Source: an uncultured virus (IMG/VR IMGVR_UViG_3300029258_003649) | Taxonomy: Duplodnaviria; Heunggongvirae; Uroviricota; Caudoviricetes | Direction: 5' to 3' (one strand) | Virus record (IMG/VR): IMGVR_UViG_3300029258_003649 | Length of the DNA: 64,000 nucleotides | Shown here: positions 46,327-54,618 of the stretch, in pieces | Layout of the letters: each line of letters starts with the position of its first letter | How positions within the stretch are numbered: the stretch's first letter is position 1 | Notes under the pieces: model-generated | Database searches by the model: none | What the model saw: only the letters and a program-made list of their open reading frames with translations | What the model was told of the DNA's origin: nothing | Made by a program: the position numbers and the translations under genes

Positions 46327-47185
46327 AGAAGCTGGGTTCGATGAGCTGAACCAAACGGCCAGAGAGCAGGCCAACCAGCGCATCTGGCAGATGATCCTGG
46401 GCGGAGCAGGCCTGGGACTCGGATTGCGGGGCGCGTTCGGTCTGGGCGAGCTGATGATGCCGCGTGGTCGCGGCTATCAGGCCAGTCCGACTTCGCAGAC
46501 CGTCGACCTGATGCTGCCGCAGCCGCAGGACGAGGAAGAGAAGTACGGGATGGACAAAGAGGCGATCGAGTGGAAGGGCCCTGGCGACCTCTTCGACCCG
46601 AAGTTCTACGCCCAGTTCACCCAGCCGCTCTTCGACAAAGACTGGGGACCCGTTGGCAACTACATCAAGGGCGACCAGTCAACCCACTACGGCGGCGTGC
46701 CCGCTACCTGGGCTGTCGGTGTTCCTGCCGGCGCGCTCGCACTGGCTGGCGGCTGGAAGGGCATGGACGCGCTCATGAAACGTCGGCGCGAAGCTGCTCT
46801 GGAAGCCGAGGAAGAGTCGTACAAGAACGAGTATCGCGAGATCCTCGAGAAGCTACAGAAGCGTGGCTCCGCCAACGACTTCCTCGAAGAGGAGCTTGAC
46901 GAGCTGGCTGACGCATACGCCGAGGCGCAGACGCACGAGAAGCAAGCGGCGTTTGGCTGGGACGAGCTGAAGCAGAAGGCCAGCAACATCGGCGGCTTCG
47001 GCACCGGCGCCTACATGGCTTACGCCACGCTGGCGGCGCTGCTCAGCGGCAAGCTCAGCTACGACTACTTCAAACGCCGCGGCCGTCGAAACGTCGCGCA
47101 AGAGGCAATGAAGCGCCGGAGTAAGGAACGCACTGGCGGCGTCGCTCCGATTCAGTTCCGTCCAGGTGCACAGGACCTTGTGTAA
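46283..47185 (+). CDS. Glycine-zipper virion-associated protein
   Basis: Three hydrophobic segments, each preceded by KEA/KEA/KQA; no Cys; TAATG-coupled to the RNAP gene. Confidence 0.7.
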   Translation: MEATDNSRYDALMDKEAGFDELNQTAREQANQRIWQMILGGAGLGLGLRGAFGLGELMMPRGRGYQASPTSQTVDLMLPQPQDEEEKYGMDKEAIEWKGPGDLFDPKFYAQFTQPLFDKDWGPVGNYIKGDQSTHYGGVPATWAVGVPAGALALAGGWKGMDALMKRRREAALEAEEESYKNEYREILEKLQKRGSANDFLEEELDELADAYAEAQTHEKQAAFGWDELKQKASNIGGFGTGAYMAYATLAALLSGKLSYDYFKRRGRRNVAQEAMKRRSKERTGGVAPIQFRPGAQDLV

Positions 47186-50100
47186 TGCCGAACCTCTATT
47201 CCTCGTTGGCGCCCGGGCCCGAAGGGGCCCGTGCCATGGGCGACGTGGCCGCCACCAGGACGGCCATCTTCGATAACGCGTTGTCGGCGGCTCAGCAATT
47301 CAAGCCGGCGACCAACCAGCGTTATATTATGGACGTCTCGGATGCTCGTTACGAGGGCCCGGAAGGATTTACAAAAGCCGATGAGAAGCGCGCAATCTTG
47401 GAGGGCCGCTCGCTGGGTCGCAGGCTGCGTGGAACCGTACGCCTCCGCACCAATGACGACAACCAAGAGGTTGTCGACCAGAAGCGCGTCACCCTCGCCC
47501 AGATCCCTTACATCACCCCACGTGGTACGTTCATTCTCAACGGGAACGAATACTCCCTCTCTCACCAAATGCGTCTTAGACCCGGTATCTTTACGCGGGT
47601 CAAAGAGTCGGGAGAACTCGAATCCCACGTCAATGTCGCTCGAGGTGTGGGACATAGGTATTTTCTAGACCCGGAGACCGGCGTGTTCCGGGCACAGTTC
47701 GGCCAAGCGCGGATGCCGCTCATGCCGATCCTCAAGGCGCTCGGCGCGACCGACTCGCAGCTGCGCGAAGCCTGGGGGAACGAGCTGTATGCAGCCAACG
47801 CTGCCAAGTCGGACCCCAAGACGCTCAAGAAGCTCTACAAGAAGCTGCTGCGCAAGGAACCGACCGACGACGAGAAGACCATGACCGAGGCCATCCGCGA
47901 CGTGTTCGCGCAGATGGAGGTCGACCCAGAGGTCAACAAACGCACGTTGGGTACCGACAGCAAGAACGTGGACGTTGCCACGATCCTCGCCGCGACGCGG
48001 AAGCTGCAGCGTGTGTTCAAGGACGAGGAAGGCCCCGACGATCGTGATGCCATGGCGTTCCAACGCGTCATCGGCCCGGAGGATCTGTTCGCCGAGCGGC
48101 TCACCAAGGGCGGTGCAGCGCTGCGGCAGGCCCTGTGGAAAGCGACCCTCCCCGGCAACCTCGGAAAGCTCGGCACCGGCCTGTTCGACAAGAGCGTTCG
48201 TGGCGCTCTGCTGGACTCCGGCCTCGGCAGCCCGCTCGAAGAGATCAACCCGGCTGAACTGTACGATCAGCGCGTGCGCGTGACCCGTATGGGCGAGGGC
48301 GGCATCCCAACCAGCGAGGCCGTGCCGGACGAAGCGCGTTCGGTGCAGCCGAGTCACATGGGCTTCATCGACCCGGTCCACACACCGGAGTCGGGCAAGA
48401 CCGGTATCGACGGGCGGATCGCCAACGCGACCCTCAAGGGCAAGGACGGGCGGCTGTACAGCCAGTTCTTCAACAACAAGACCGGCAAGGTCGAGTGGGT
48501 GACGCCCCAGGATCTGGCCGACGCAGTTGTCGCCTTCCCGGGCGAGCTGCAATCCGACGAGCCGTACGTGCGTGCCCAGGAGAAGGGCAAGCTGAAGTAC
48601 GTGCCGCGCGACAAAGTGGACTACCAGCTGAATCACATGACCGAAGCGTTCGGTCCGTTGGCTGGTATGGTCCCGATGAAACAGAACGCATTTGGCCAGC
48701 GCGTGTCTATGGGGAGTCGCATGCTTACGCAGGCGCTGCCACTGGTGAACGCCGAAGCACCGCTGGTTCGATCAGGGATGCCGGGCACCGAGGACTCCTA
48801 CGAGTCCCTGCTCGGCGAGGACATGGGTGCCGTAAGGAGCGGAGTCGATGGAACAATTCTCGAAATCACGCCGGATAACGTCAAGATCAGGGGAACGGAC
48901 CGGAAGATCCACAACGTCGAGCTCTACAACAACCACCCCTACAACCGAAAAACGTTCGTGCATAACACGCCCGTCGTTCGGCCAGGTGATCGCATCAAGG
49001 CTGGCCAACTTCTCGCAGGCTCTAACTTCACGGATAAAGAAGGAGTCACAGCTCTAGGGCTGAATGCGCGAATCGCCTACATGGCGTACAAGGGGCACAA
49101 CTTCGAGGACGCCATCGTGATCTCGGAGTCGTTCGCCAAGCGATCGGCGTCTGAGCACATGTACCAGAACACGCTCGACCTCGGCGAGGGCGTCAAGCAC
49201 AGCAAGAACGCGTTCCAGTCGATCTTCCCCGGCAAGTACGACCGGCGGGTCCTGGAAAAGTACGACGAAGACGGCGTCATCAAGCCCGGCCAGGAGGTCG
49301 ATCTGGATGAGCCGCTCGTCCTGGCAGTGAAACAGCGACAGACCGGTCCGCGTCTTGGCCGACGCAAAGCCTCCTGGTCCGACGCGTCGATCAAGTGGGA
49401 TCACCACGCAACCGGTACTGTCACTGACGTACACAAGGGCAAGAAGGGCATCTCCGTGGTGGTGAAGGCCACCAACCCGACCACCGTCGGCGACAAGTTC
49501 TCCGGGCGCTACGGCGACAAGGGCGTCGTAGCCAAGATCGTCGCGGACGAGGACATGCCGCGCGGCGCGGACGGAAAGCCCTACGAGATGCTGCTCAACC
49601 CGCTCGGCATCATCAGCCGCGGTAACCCCGCGCAGACGCTCGAAGCCAGCCTCGGCAAGATCGCGCAGCTGACCGGGAAGCCATACTCGATGGCCGACTT
49701 CGACAGCATCAGGGACGTGCGCGCGTACGTCGAGAAGGAGCTGCGTAAGCACGGCCTCAACAGCACAGAGGAAATTGAAGATCCGCGTACAGGCCGGACG
49801 ACGAAGGGTGTGCACGACGGTGCCCGCTTCATGATGAAGCTGCACCATACCGCTGAAGCCAAGCTGCAGGGGCGAGCGACAGGCGGGTACACAGCCGAAG
49901 GATCTCCGGCCAAGGGTGGTGAATCAGGCTCGAAGCGTGTTGGTATGCTCGAATTGAACGCGTTGCTTTCGCACGGCGCGTATCAGACTATCCGCGATGC
50001 CTCCGTCATCCGTGGACAGCGCAACGAGGATTACTGGCGTCAGCTGATGAGTGGGTACACGCCACCGGAGCCCGAAGTGCCGTTCATCTACAAAAAGTTC

Positions 50101-51558
50101 ATGGCCCAGCTGCAAGGCGCCGGCATTAATCCCGTCAAGCGCGGGAGTCGCCTGAACATCATGGCCATGACAGGCAAGGACGCTGTCGAACTGACTGGCA
50201 ATCGAGAGCTGCGCAACGTAGATACGGTTGACTGGCGTGTGTCCAAGCTCACCCCGGTCAAGGGCGGACTGTTCGACGAATCTCTCACCGGCGGGCACAA
50301 CGGCAACCGCTGGAGCTACATCAAGCTCCGCGAACCCATGCCGAACCCGGTGATGGAGGAACCGATCCGCCGCATTTTGGGTCTCACACAGAAGCAGTTC
50401 AAGAGCATCCTGGCAGGCCAAGAGTCGATGCCAGGGCGCGAAGGACTCACTGGCCCCAAGGGGCTCGCCAAAGTGCTCGAGGACATCAACCTCGACAAGG
50501 AGATCGAGCGAGCCCGCGCCGAGATGAACAGCGGTAAGAAGACCTACCGCGACAAGGCGATCCGTCGACTGCAGTTCCTCAAGTCAGCGAAGAAGCTCGG
50601 GCAGCACCCGAAGGACTGGATGATGGATCGAGTCCCGGTGCTGCCGCCGATGTTCCGCCCGGTCTCCATGATGGGGTCCGGTGGCCGGCTCGTCGACGAC
50701 GCGAACTTCCTCTACAAGGAGCTGTTCGACGCGAACGACAACCTGAAACAACTCACCCGCATGACGGATGACGTGTCCGACGAGCGGCTAGCGGTCTACG
50801 ACGCCTTCAAGGGTGTCACAGGCCTTGGCGATCCCATTCGCCCAGAGAACAAATCACAACCGGTCAAGGGCATCCTGAAGCACGTCTTCGGGACCAGCCC
50901 GAAGTTCGGCACCGTGCAGCGCAAGCTTCTCGGGTCCACCGTGGATCTCGTGGGCCGTGCTGCTATTTCGCCAGATCCCAACCTCGACATGGACCAGGTA
51001 GGAATCCCGGCCGACAAGGCGTGGACGCTGTATCAGCCGTTCGTCGTCCGTCGACTGGTCCGCCGCGGCATGAGCAAGATCAAGGCGATGGAGGCCGTCA
51101 AAGACCGTACCGATACAGCTATGCGTGAGCTGCAATCCGAGATGAAATCCCGTCCTGTCGTGATCAACCGAGCCCCGGTGTTGCACCGGTTCGGGGTCAT
51201 GGCGTTCTGGCCACAACTCACGTCCGCAAACACCTTGCAGATTCCGCCACTGATCGTGAAAGGCTTCAATGCCGACTTTGACGGCGACGCCATGCAGTTT
51301 CACCTGCCGTCGACCGACGAAGCCGTGCAGGAGGCGCAGGAGAAACTCCTGCCGTCGAAGAACCTGTTCGCGGTCAGCGACTTCGAAGTCATCCACGCCC
51401 CGTCGATGGAGTACGTCGGTGGATTGTGGGAGGCGACGACGCGGAACGACAAGAAGAAGCCCGTCCGAGTCTTCAACTCGAAGCTCGACGCGATCAAGGC
51501 TTACAAGCGCGGAGAGATTGGCGTAGGTCAACGAATCGAGATTCGCGAAGGACGCTAG
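47185..51558 (+). CDS. rpoBC: DNA-directed RNA polymerase, beta subunit fused to the N-terminal half of beta' (contains the catalytic motif)
   Basis: GTFILNG.E, TPES...G, NFEDAIVISE, GDKFSGRYGDKGVV, LNPLGIISR.N, KLHH; then GLFD, PVLPP.FRP, NRAPVLHR, FNADFDGD (51268-51288). Confidence 0.95.
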   Translation: MPNLYSSLAPGPEGARAMGDVAATRTAIFDNALSAAQQFKPATNQRYIMDVSDARYEGPEGFTKADEKRAILEGRSLGRRLRGTVRLRTNDDNQEVVDQKRVTLAQIPYITPRGTFILNGNEYSLSHQMRLRPGIFTRVKESGELESHVNVARGVGHRYFLDPETGVFRAQFGQARMPLMPILKALGATDSQLREAWGNELYAANAAKSDPKTLKKLYKKLLRKEPTDDEKTMTEAIRDVFAQMEVDPEVNKRTLGTDSKNVDVATILAATRKLQRVFKDEEGPDDRDAMAFQRVIGPEDLFAERLTKGGAALRQALWKATLPGNLGKLGTGLFDKSVRGALLDSGLGSPLEEINPAELYDQRVRVTRMGEGGIPTSEAVPDEARSVQPSHMGFIDPVHTPESGKTGIDGRIANATLKGKDGRLYSQFFNNKTGKVEWVTPQDLADAVVAFPGELQSDEPYVRAQEKGKLKYVPRDKVDYQLNHMTEAFGPLAGMVPMKQNAFGQRVSMGSRMLTQALPLVNAEAPLVRSGMPGTEDSYESLLGEDMGAVRSGVDGTILEITPDNVKIRGTDRKIHNVELYNNHPYNRKTFVHNTPVVRPGDRIKAGQLLAGSNFTDKEGVTALGLNARIAYMAYKGHNFEDAIVISESFAKRSASEHMYQNTLDLGEGVKHSKNAFQSIFPGKYDRRVLEKYDEDGVIKPGQEVDLDEPLVLAVKQRQTGPRLGRRKASWSDASIKWDHHATGTVTDVHKGKKGISVVVKATNPTTVGDKFSGRYGDKGVVAKIVADEDMPRGADGKPYEMLLNPLGIISRGNPAQTLEASLGKIAQLTGKPYSMADFDSIRDVRAYVEKELRKHGLNSTEEIEDPRTGRTTKGVHDGARFMMKLHHTAEAKLQGRATGGYTAEGSPAKGGESGSKRVGMLELNALLSHGAYQTIRDASVIRGQRNEDYWRQLMSGYTPPEPEVPFIYKKFMAQLQGAGINPVKRGSRLNIMAMTGKDAVELTGNRELRNVDTVDWRVSKLTPVKGGLFDESLTGGHNGNRWSYIKLREPMPNPVMEEPIRRILGLTQKQFKSILAGQESMPGREGLTGPKGLAKVLEDINLDKEIERARAEMNSGKKTYRDKAIRRLQFLKSAKKLGQHPKDWMMDRVPVLPPMFRPVSMMGSGGRLVDDANFLYKELFDANDNLKQLTRMTDDVSDERLAVYDAFKGVTGLGDPIRPENKSQPVKGILKHVFGTSPKFGTVQRKLLGSTVDLVGRAAISPDPNLDMDQVGIPADKAWTLYQPFVVRRLVRRGMSKIKAMEAVKDRTDTAMRELQSEMKSRPVVINRAPVLHRFGVMAFWPQLTSANTLQIPPLIVKGFNADFDGDAMQFHLPSTDEAVQEAQEKLLPSKNLFAVSDFEVIHAPSMEYVGGLWEATTRNDKKKPVRVFNSKLDAIKAYKRGEIGVGQRIEIREGR

Positions 51559-51579
51559 CAACACTAGCAAAAAATTCGC

Positions 51580-51601
51580 GCGACGACTGCGTCGTCGTTT
51601 T
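51580..51601 (+). terminator. Possible terminator after the RNAP large gene
   Basis: cgacgac-tgc-gtcgtcg-tttt. Confidence 0.45.
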
Positions 51602-51672
51602 GGATTGTAGAATCAACGCAACCCCTGTAAGCTACTAGTAGTGTCACATGAACAACGAACGGAGTCGCACTA

Positions 51673-52359
51673 ATGTCCCACGAAATGAACCCGATGCTTT
51701 TCGATCTTGCCGAATGGAGGTTGGCCGGTGAGAACGAGAAAAAGGCTTTCGTACCAGGTGATCCGGCGGCGGGCGGAATGCCGCCGGGAGCGATGCCGCC
51801 CGGAGGAGCTCCGCCGATGGATCCGATGGCAGGAGGCGGAGCACCGCCGATGGACCCGGCGATGGCAGGAGCCGCCCCGCCGATGGACCCGGCTGCAATG
51901 GCGGGAGCACCGCCAGCCGCTGCCCCTGCGCCTGCAGCTGGTGGAGCCCCAGGAGCCGGTGGAAAGCCCAAGATCGATCCTACCTTCATCTACATGGAGC
52001 TCTCCCGCGTTCGGAAGCTCTTGACCCACATGATGAAGCACACGGGCATCGACATGCCTCCCGACATTCTGGACGACGGTGCTGTGGCGATGGTCGCTCA
52101 AGGCCAGATGCCGCAGAGCGCGCCGCTCGGAGCCGGCGCCGAAGGTGCCCCGCCCGAGGGTGGCGGCGGCGGACCGGCGTTGCCGGGTATCGGCGGGAAC
52201 GCGCCCGTCAGCCCGATTGAAGCCCCGTCCGGGCCTGAGAAAGCAGGAGCCGATGCGTTGTCGATGTTCCGCGGTCCAGTCGACGGGGAGCGAGAGGACG
52301 CGTCGCAGTTGCGGCTCGATGCGATCTCCGCCATGTCCCGAAGCCTGCACCGTAGGTAA
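51673..52359 (+). CDS. Pro/Gly/Met-rich K-x-A protein
   Basis: EKKAFVPG; PPMDP repeats; no Cys. Confidence 0.75.
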   Translation: MSHEMNPMLFDLAEWRLAGENEKKAFVPGDPAAGGMPPGAMPPGGAPPMDPMAGGGAPPMDPAMAGAAPPMDPAAMAGAPPAAAPAPAAGGAPGAGGKPKIDPTFIYMELSRVRKLLTHMMKHTGIDMPPDILDDGAVAMVAQGQMPQSAPLGAGAEGAPPEGGGGGPALPGIGGNAPVSPIEAPSGPEKAGADALSMFRGPVDGEREDASQLRLDAISAMSRSLHRR

Positions 52360-52361
52360 TC

Positions 52362-52649
52362 ATGATTGTTGAACTCCACAACAAGTTGGGCAATCCGCAG
52401 CGCATCGAAGCGACTCGCGTTGTACTGCGGTGCCCAATCAACGGCGTCATTGCTGTGGCCCTGGAACCGACTCCAGGGCACCAGTACATCATCGATCGCG
52501 GCGACGGCGACGAGGTCATGAACAAGATGCTCTCTCAGTTGGGCATCAACGAGACCGTCATCAGCGATCATATCGACAAGGATTCCTTCGCGGCGCCGCC
52601 TAAGGGCAGCCGCCTCTGGAAGCCTGGCGAGGATCCTCCGCATGCTTAA
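52362..52649 (+). CDS. Hypothetical protein
   Basis: Between 51673 and beta'-C, overlapping its start. Confidence 0.7.
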   Translation: MIVELHNKLGNPQRIEATRVVLRCPINGVIAVALEPTPGHQYIIDRGDGDEVMNKMLSQLGINETVISDHIDKDSFAAPPKGSRLWKPGEDPPHA

Positions 52650-54528
52650 GACGACCATTGGACAACTGCTGGTCAACGAGGCCCTGCCGAAAGAGATGCG
52701 TGACTACACACGCACCTTGGACGGTAAGGGCGTCAAGAAGTTGCTCCGTGAGATCGCAGAGAAGGATCCGGACAAGTACCGCGAGATCTCGAAGAAGCTC
52801 GCCGATGTCGGCCGTGACGCGGCGTATACAACCGGCGGTCAGTCGTTCAGCATCGAGCACCTGCGTCCGACCAAGTCCGTACTGGCGTCTCGCCAGCGCC
52901 TGAACCGGCGCATCCGCGAGATCATGTCGAAGGACAACTGGGACGAGGACAAGAAGGAAGCCAAGATCATCGAGGCGACCGCCGCCGAGCACGAGAAGCT
53001 GCTCGATGGCGTGTACGCTGACGCCAAAGAGCTGGGCAACCCGCTCGCCGACCAGGTCGCATCGGGTGCCCGAGGCAACAAAATGACCCTGAAGCGTTTG
53101 ATCGGCGGCGACATGCTCTACGTCGACCACCACGACCACACGATCCCGTTTCCGGTGCAACAGAGCTACGGCGAGGGTCTCGACCCCGCTTCGTACTGGG
53201 CGGGCACGTACGGAGCCCGGAAAGGCATCATCGACGAGAAATTTGCCACGATGGACGTCGGATACTTCTCGAAACAGCTGAATCAGCTCACTCATCGGCT
53301 CATGGTGCTCGCCGACGACGCTGAAGAGGACAAAACGGCCAAAAAGAGCCGTGTTTTGCGTGGTTTGCCGGTCAAAACCGACGATCCGGACAACGAAGGG
53401 GCACTTTTGGCCTCAGATATGGGCGGATACAAGCGAAATACAGTTCTGACGCCCAAAATCCTTGAAGATTTGGCCGATCAGGGCATGGAACGCATCCTTG
53501 TGCGTTCTCCGACGGTCGCCGGCCCGTCAAGCGGCGTATACGCCCGTGACGTGGGCGTACGCGAGCGCGGAGACCTGCCCCCGGTTGGAGACATGGTTGG
53601 CATCGCAGCCGCACAGGCGCTCTCTGAGAAGCTCACACAGGGTGCCCTGAGTTCGAAGCACTCCGGCGGCGTGAAGGGCGAAACACAGTCCGTGACGGGC
53701 TTCCAGCACGTCAATCAGCTCGTGCAGGTGCCAAAAACGTTCAAAGGTGGCGCTGCGCACGCCCAAATGGACGGAAAAGTGACCGATATCACAGAAGCGC
53801 CCGCCGGTGGCCAGTACGTGACCATCAGCGGCGAGCGGCACTTCGTTTTGCCCGGGTTCGGCCTCAAGGTGAAGCGTGGCGACAACGTCGAAGCCGGCGA
53901 CGTGATCAGCGACGGCATCCCGAATCCGTCCGAAATCGTCAAGCACAAGGGCATCGGTGAGGGTCGGCGCTACTTCATCGACATCTTTGCCGATGCGTAC
54001 CGTGCCGGTAAGATGTATGCCAATCGCAGGAACATCGAACTGCTGTCTCGGAGCCTGATCGACCACGTCGAGATGACCGACGAGGACGACGATCACGTCC
54101 CCGGCGATGTGATCCCGTACCAGCAGCTCGAGGCCGGGTGGCAACCCCGTGACGGGATGCGTTCCGTAGCCCCCAAACTGGGCGTCGGCAAGTACCTGGA
54201 GAGCCCGGTGCTGCACTACACGGTCGGCACCCAGATTAAGCCGTCAATGCTACCAGTTTTGGACGAGTTCGGTGTCAAGAACATCGATGTCCACGACGAA
54301 GCTCCGCCTTTTCGACCGTACATGGTCCGGGCGCAGGCTTCGGTCGGACACGACCCGGACCCGCTCGTCCGCTTCCTAGGAAGTGATCAGAAGAAGAACC
54401 TGATGTCCGCGGTCCATCGCGGTGCCGTCTCGGACACAAAGAGCACCAGCTTCGTACCGTCGCTGGCCGCCGGAGAAGATTTTGCCAAGAACTGGCCTCA
54501 GAGCGTACTGAAGCCTCCAAAAACCTAG
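52642..54528 (+). CDS. rpoC: DNA-directed RNA polymerase beta' C-terminal half (bridge helix, trigger loop)
   Basis: TTIGQLL.N, SGARG, EGL...Y...GARKG..D...T...GY, VRSP, VGIAAAQALSE.LTQ...KHSGG, V..GD.VEAGD. Confidence 0.93.
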   Translation: MLKTTIGQLLVNEALPKEMRDYTRTLDGKGVKKLLREIAEKDPDKYREISKKLADVGRDAAYTTGGQSFSIEHLRPTKSVLASRQRLNRRIREIMSKDNWDEDKKEAKIIEATAAEHEKLLDGVYADAKELGNPLADQVASGARGNKMTLKRLIGGDMLYVDHHDHTIPFPVQQSYGEGLDPASYWAGTYGARKGIIDEKFATMDVGYFSKQLNQLTHRLMVLADDAEEDKTAKKSRVLRGLPVKTDDPDNEGALLASDMGGYKRNTVLTPKILEDLADQGMERILVRSPTVAGPSSGVYARDVGVRERGDLPPVGDMVGIAAAQALSEKLTQGALSSKHSGGVKGETQSVTGFQHVNQLVQVPKTFKGGAAHAQMDGKVTDITEAPAGGQYVTISGERHFVLPGFGLKVKRGDNVEAGDVISDGIPNPSEIVKHKGIGEGRRYFIDIFADAYRAGKMYANRRNIELLSRSLIDHVEMTDEDDDHVPGDVIPYQQLEAGWQPRDGMRSVAPKLGVGKYLESPVLHYTVGTQIKPSMLPVLDEFGVKNIDVHDEAPPFRPYMVRAQASVGHDPDPLVRFLGSDQKKNLMSAVHRGAVSDTKSTSFVPSLAAGEDFAKNWPQSVLKPPKT

Positions 54529-54618
54529 ACATTGCAGTATTGCAGTCAGATCCAGTAGGATATAAAGCATATCTTAGGACGGAACCTGGGTCGCTCCCAT
54601 TGACAAGGACGTCTGCAC

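Noticed and set aside
51770..51960. ccgccgatgga repeats
   Set aside because: Encode PPMDP peptide repeats; not a DNA element
51559..52641. Intron or intein explaining the beta' split
   Set aside because: No intein termini or recognisable intron structure; the interval has a hairpin and two ORFs, and beta'-C has its own SD
47185..54528. Interpretation as a bacterial chromosomal rpoBC locus
   Set aside because: No ribosomal-protein operon context, divergent motifs, and neighbours are head-protease, scaffold-like and HNH genes
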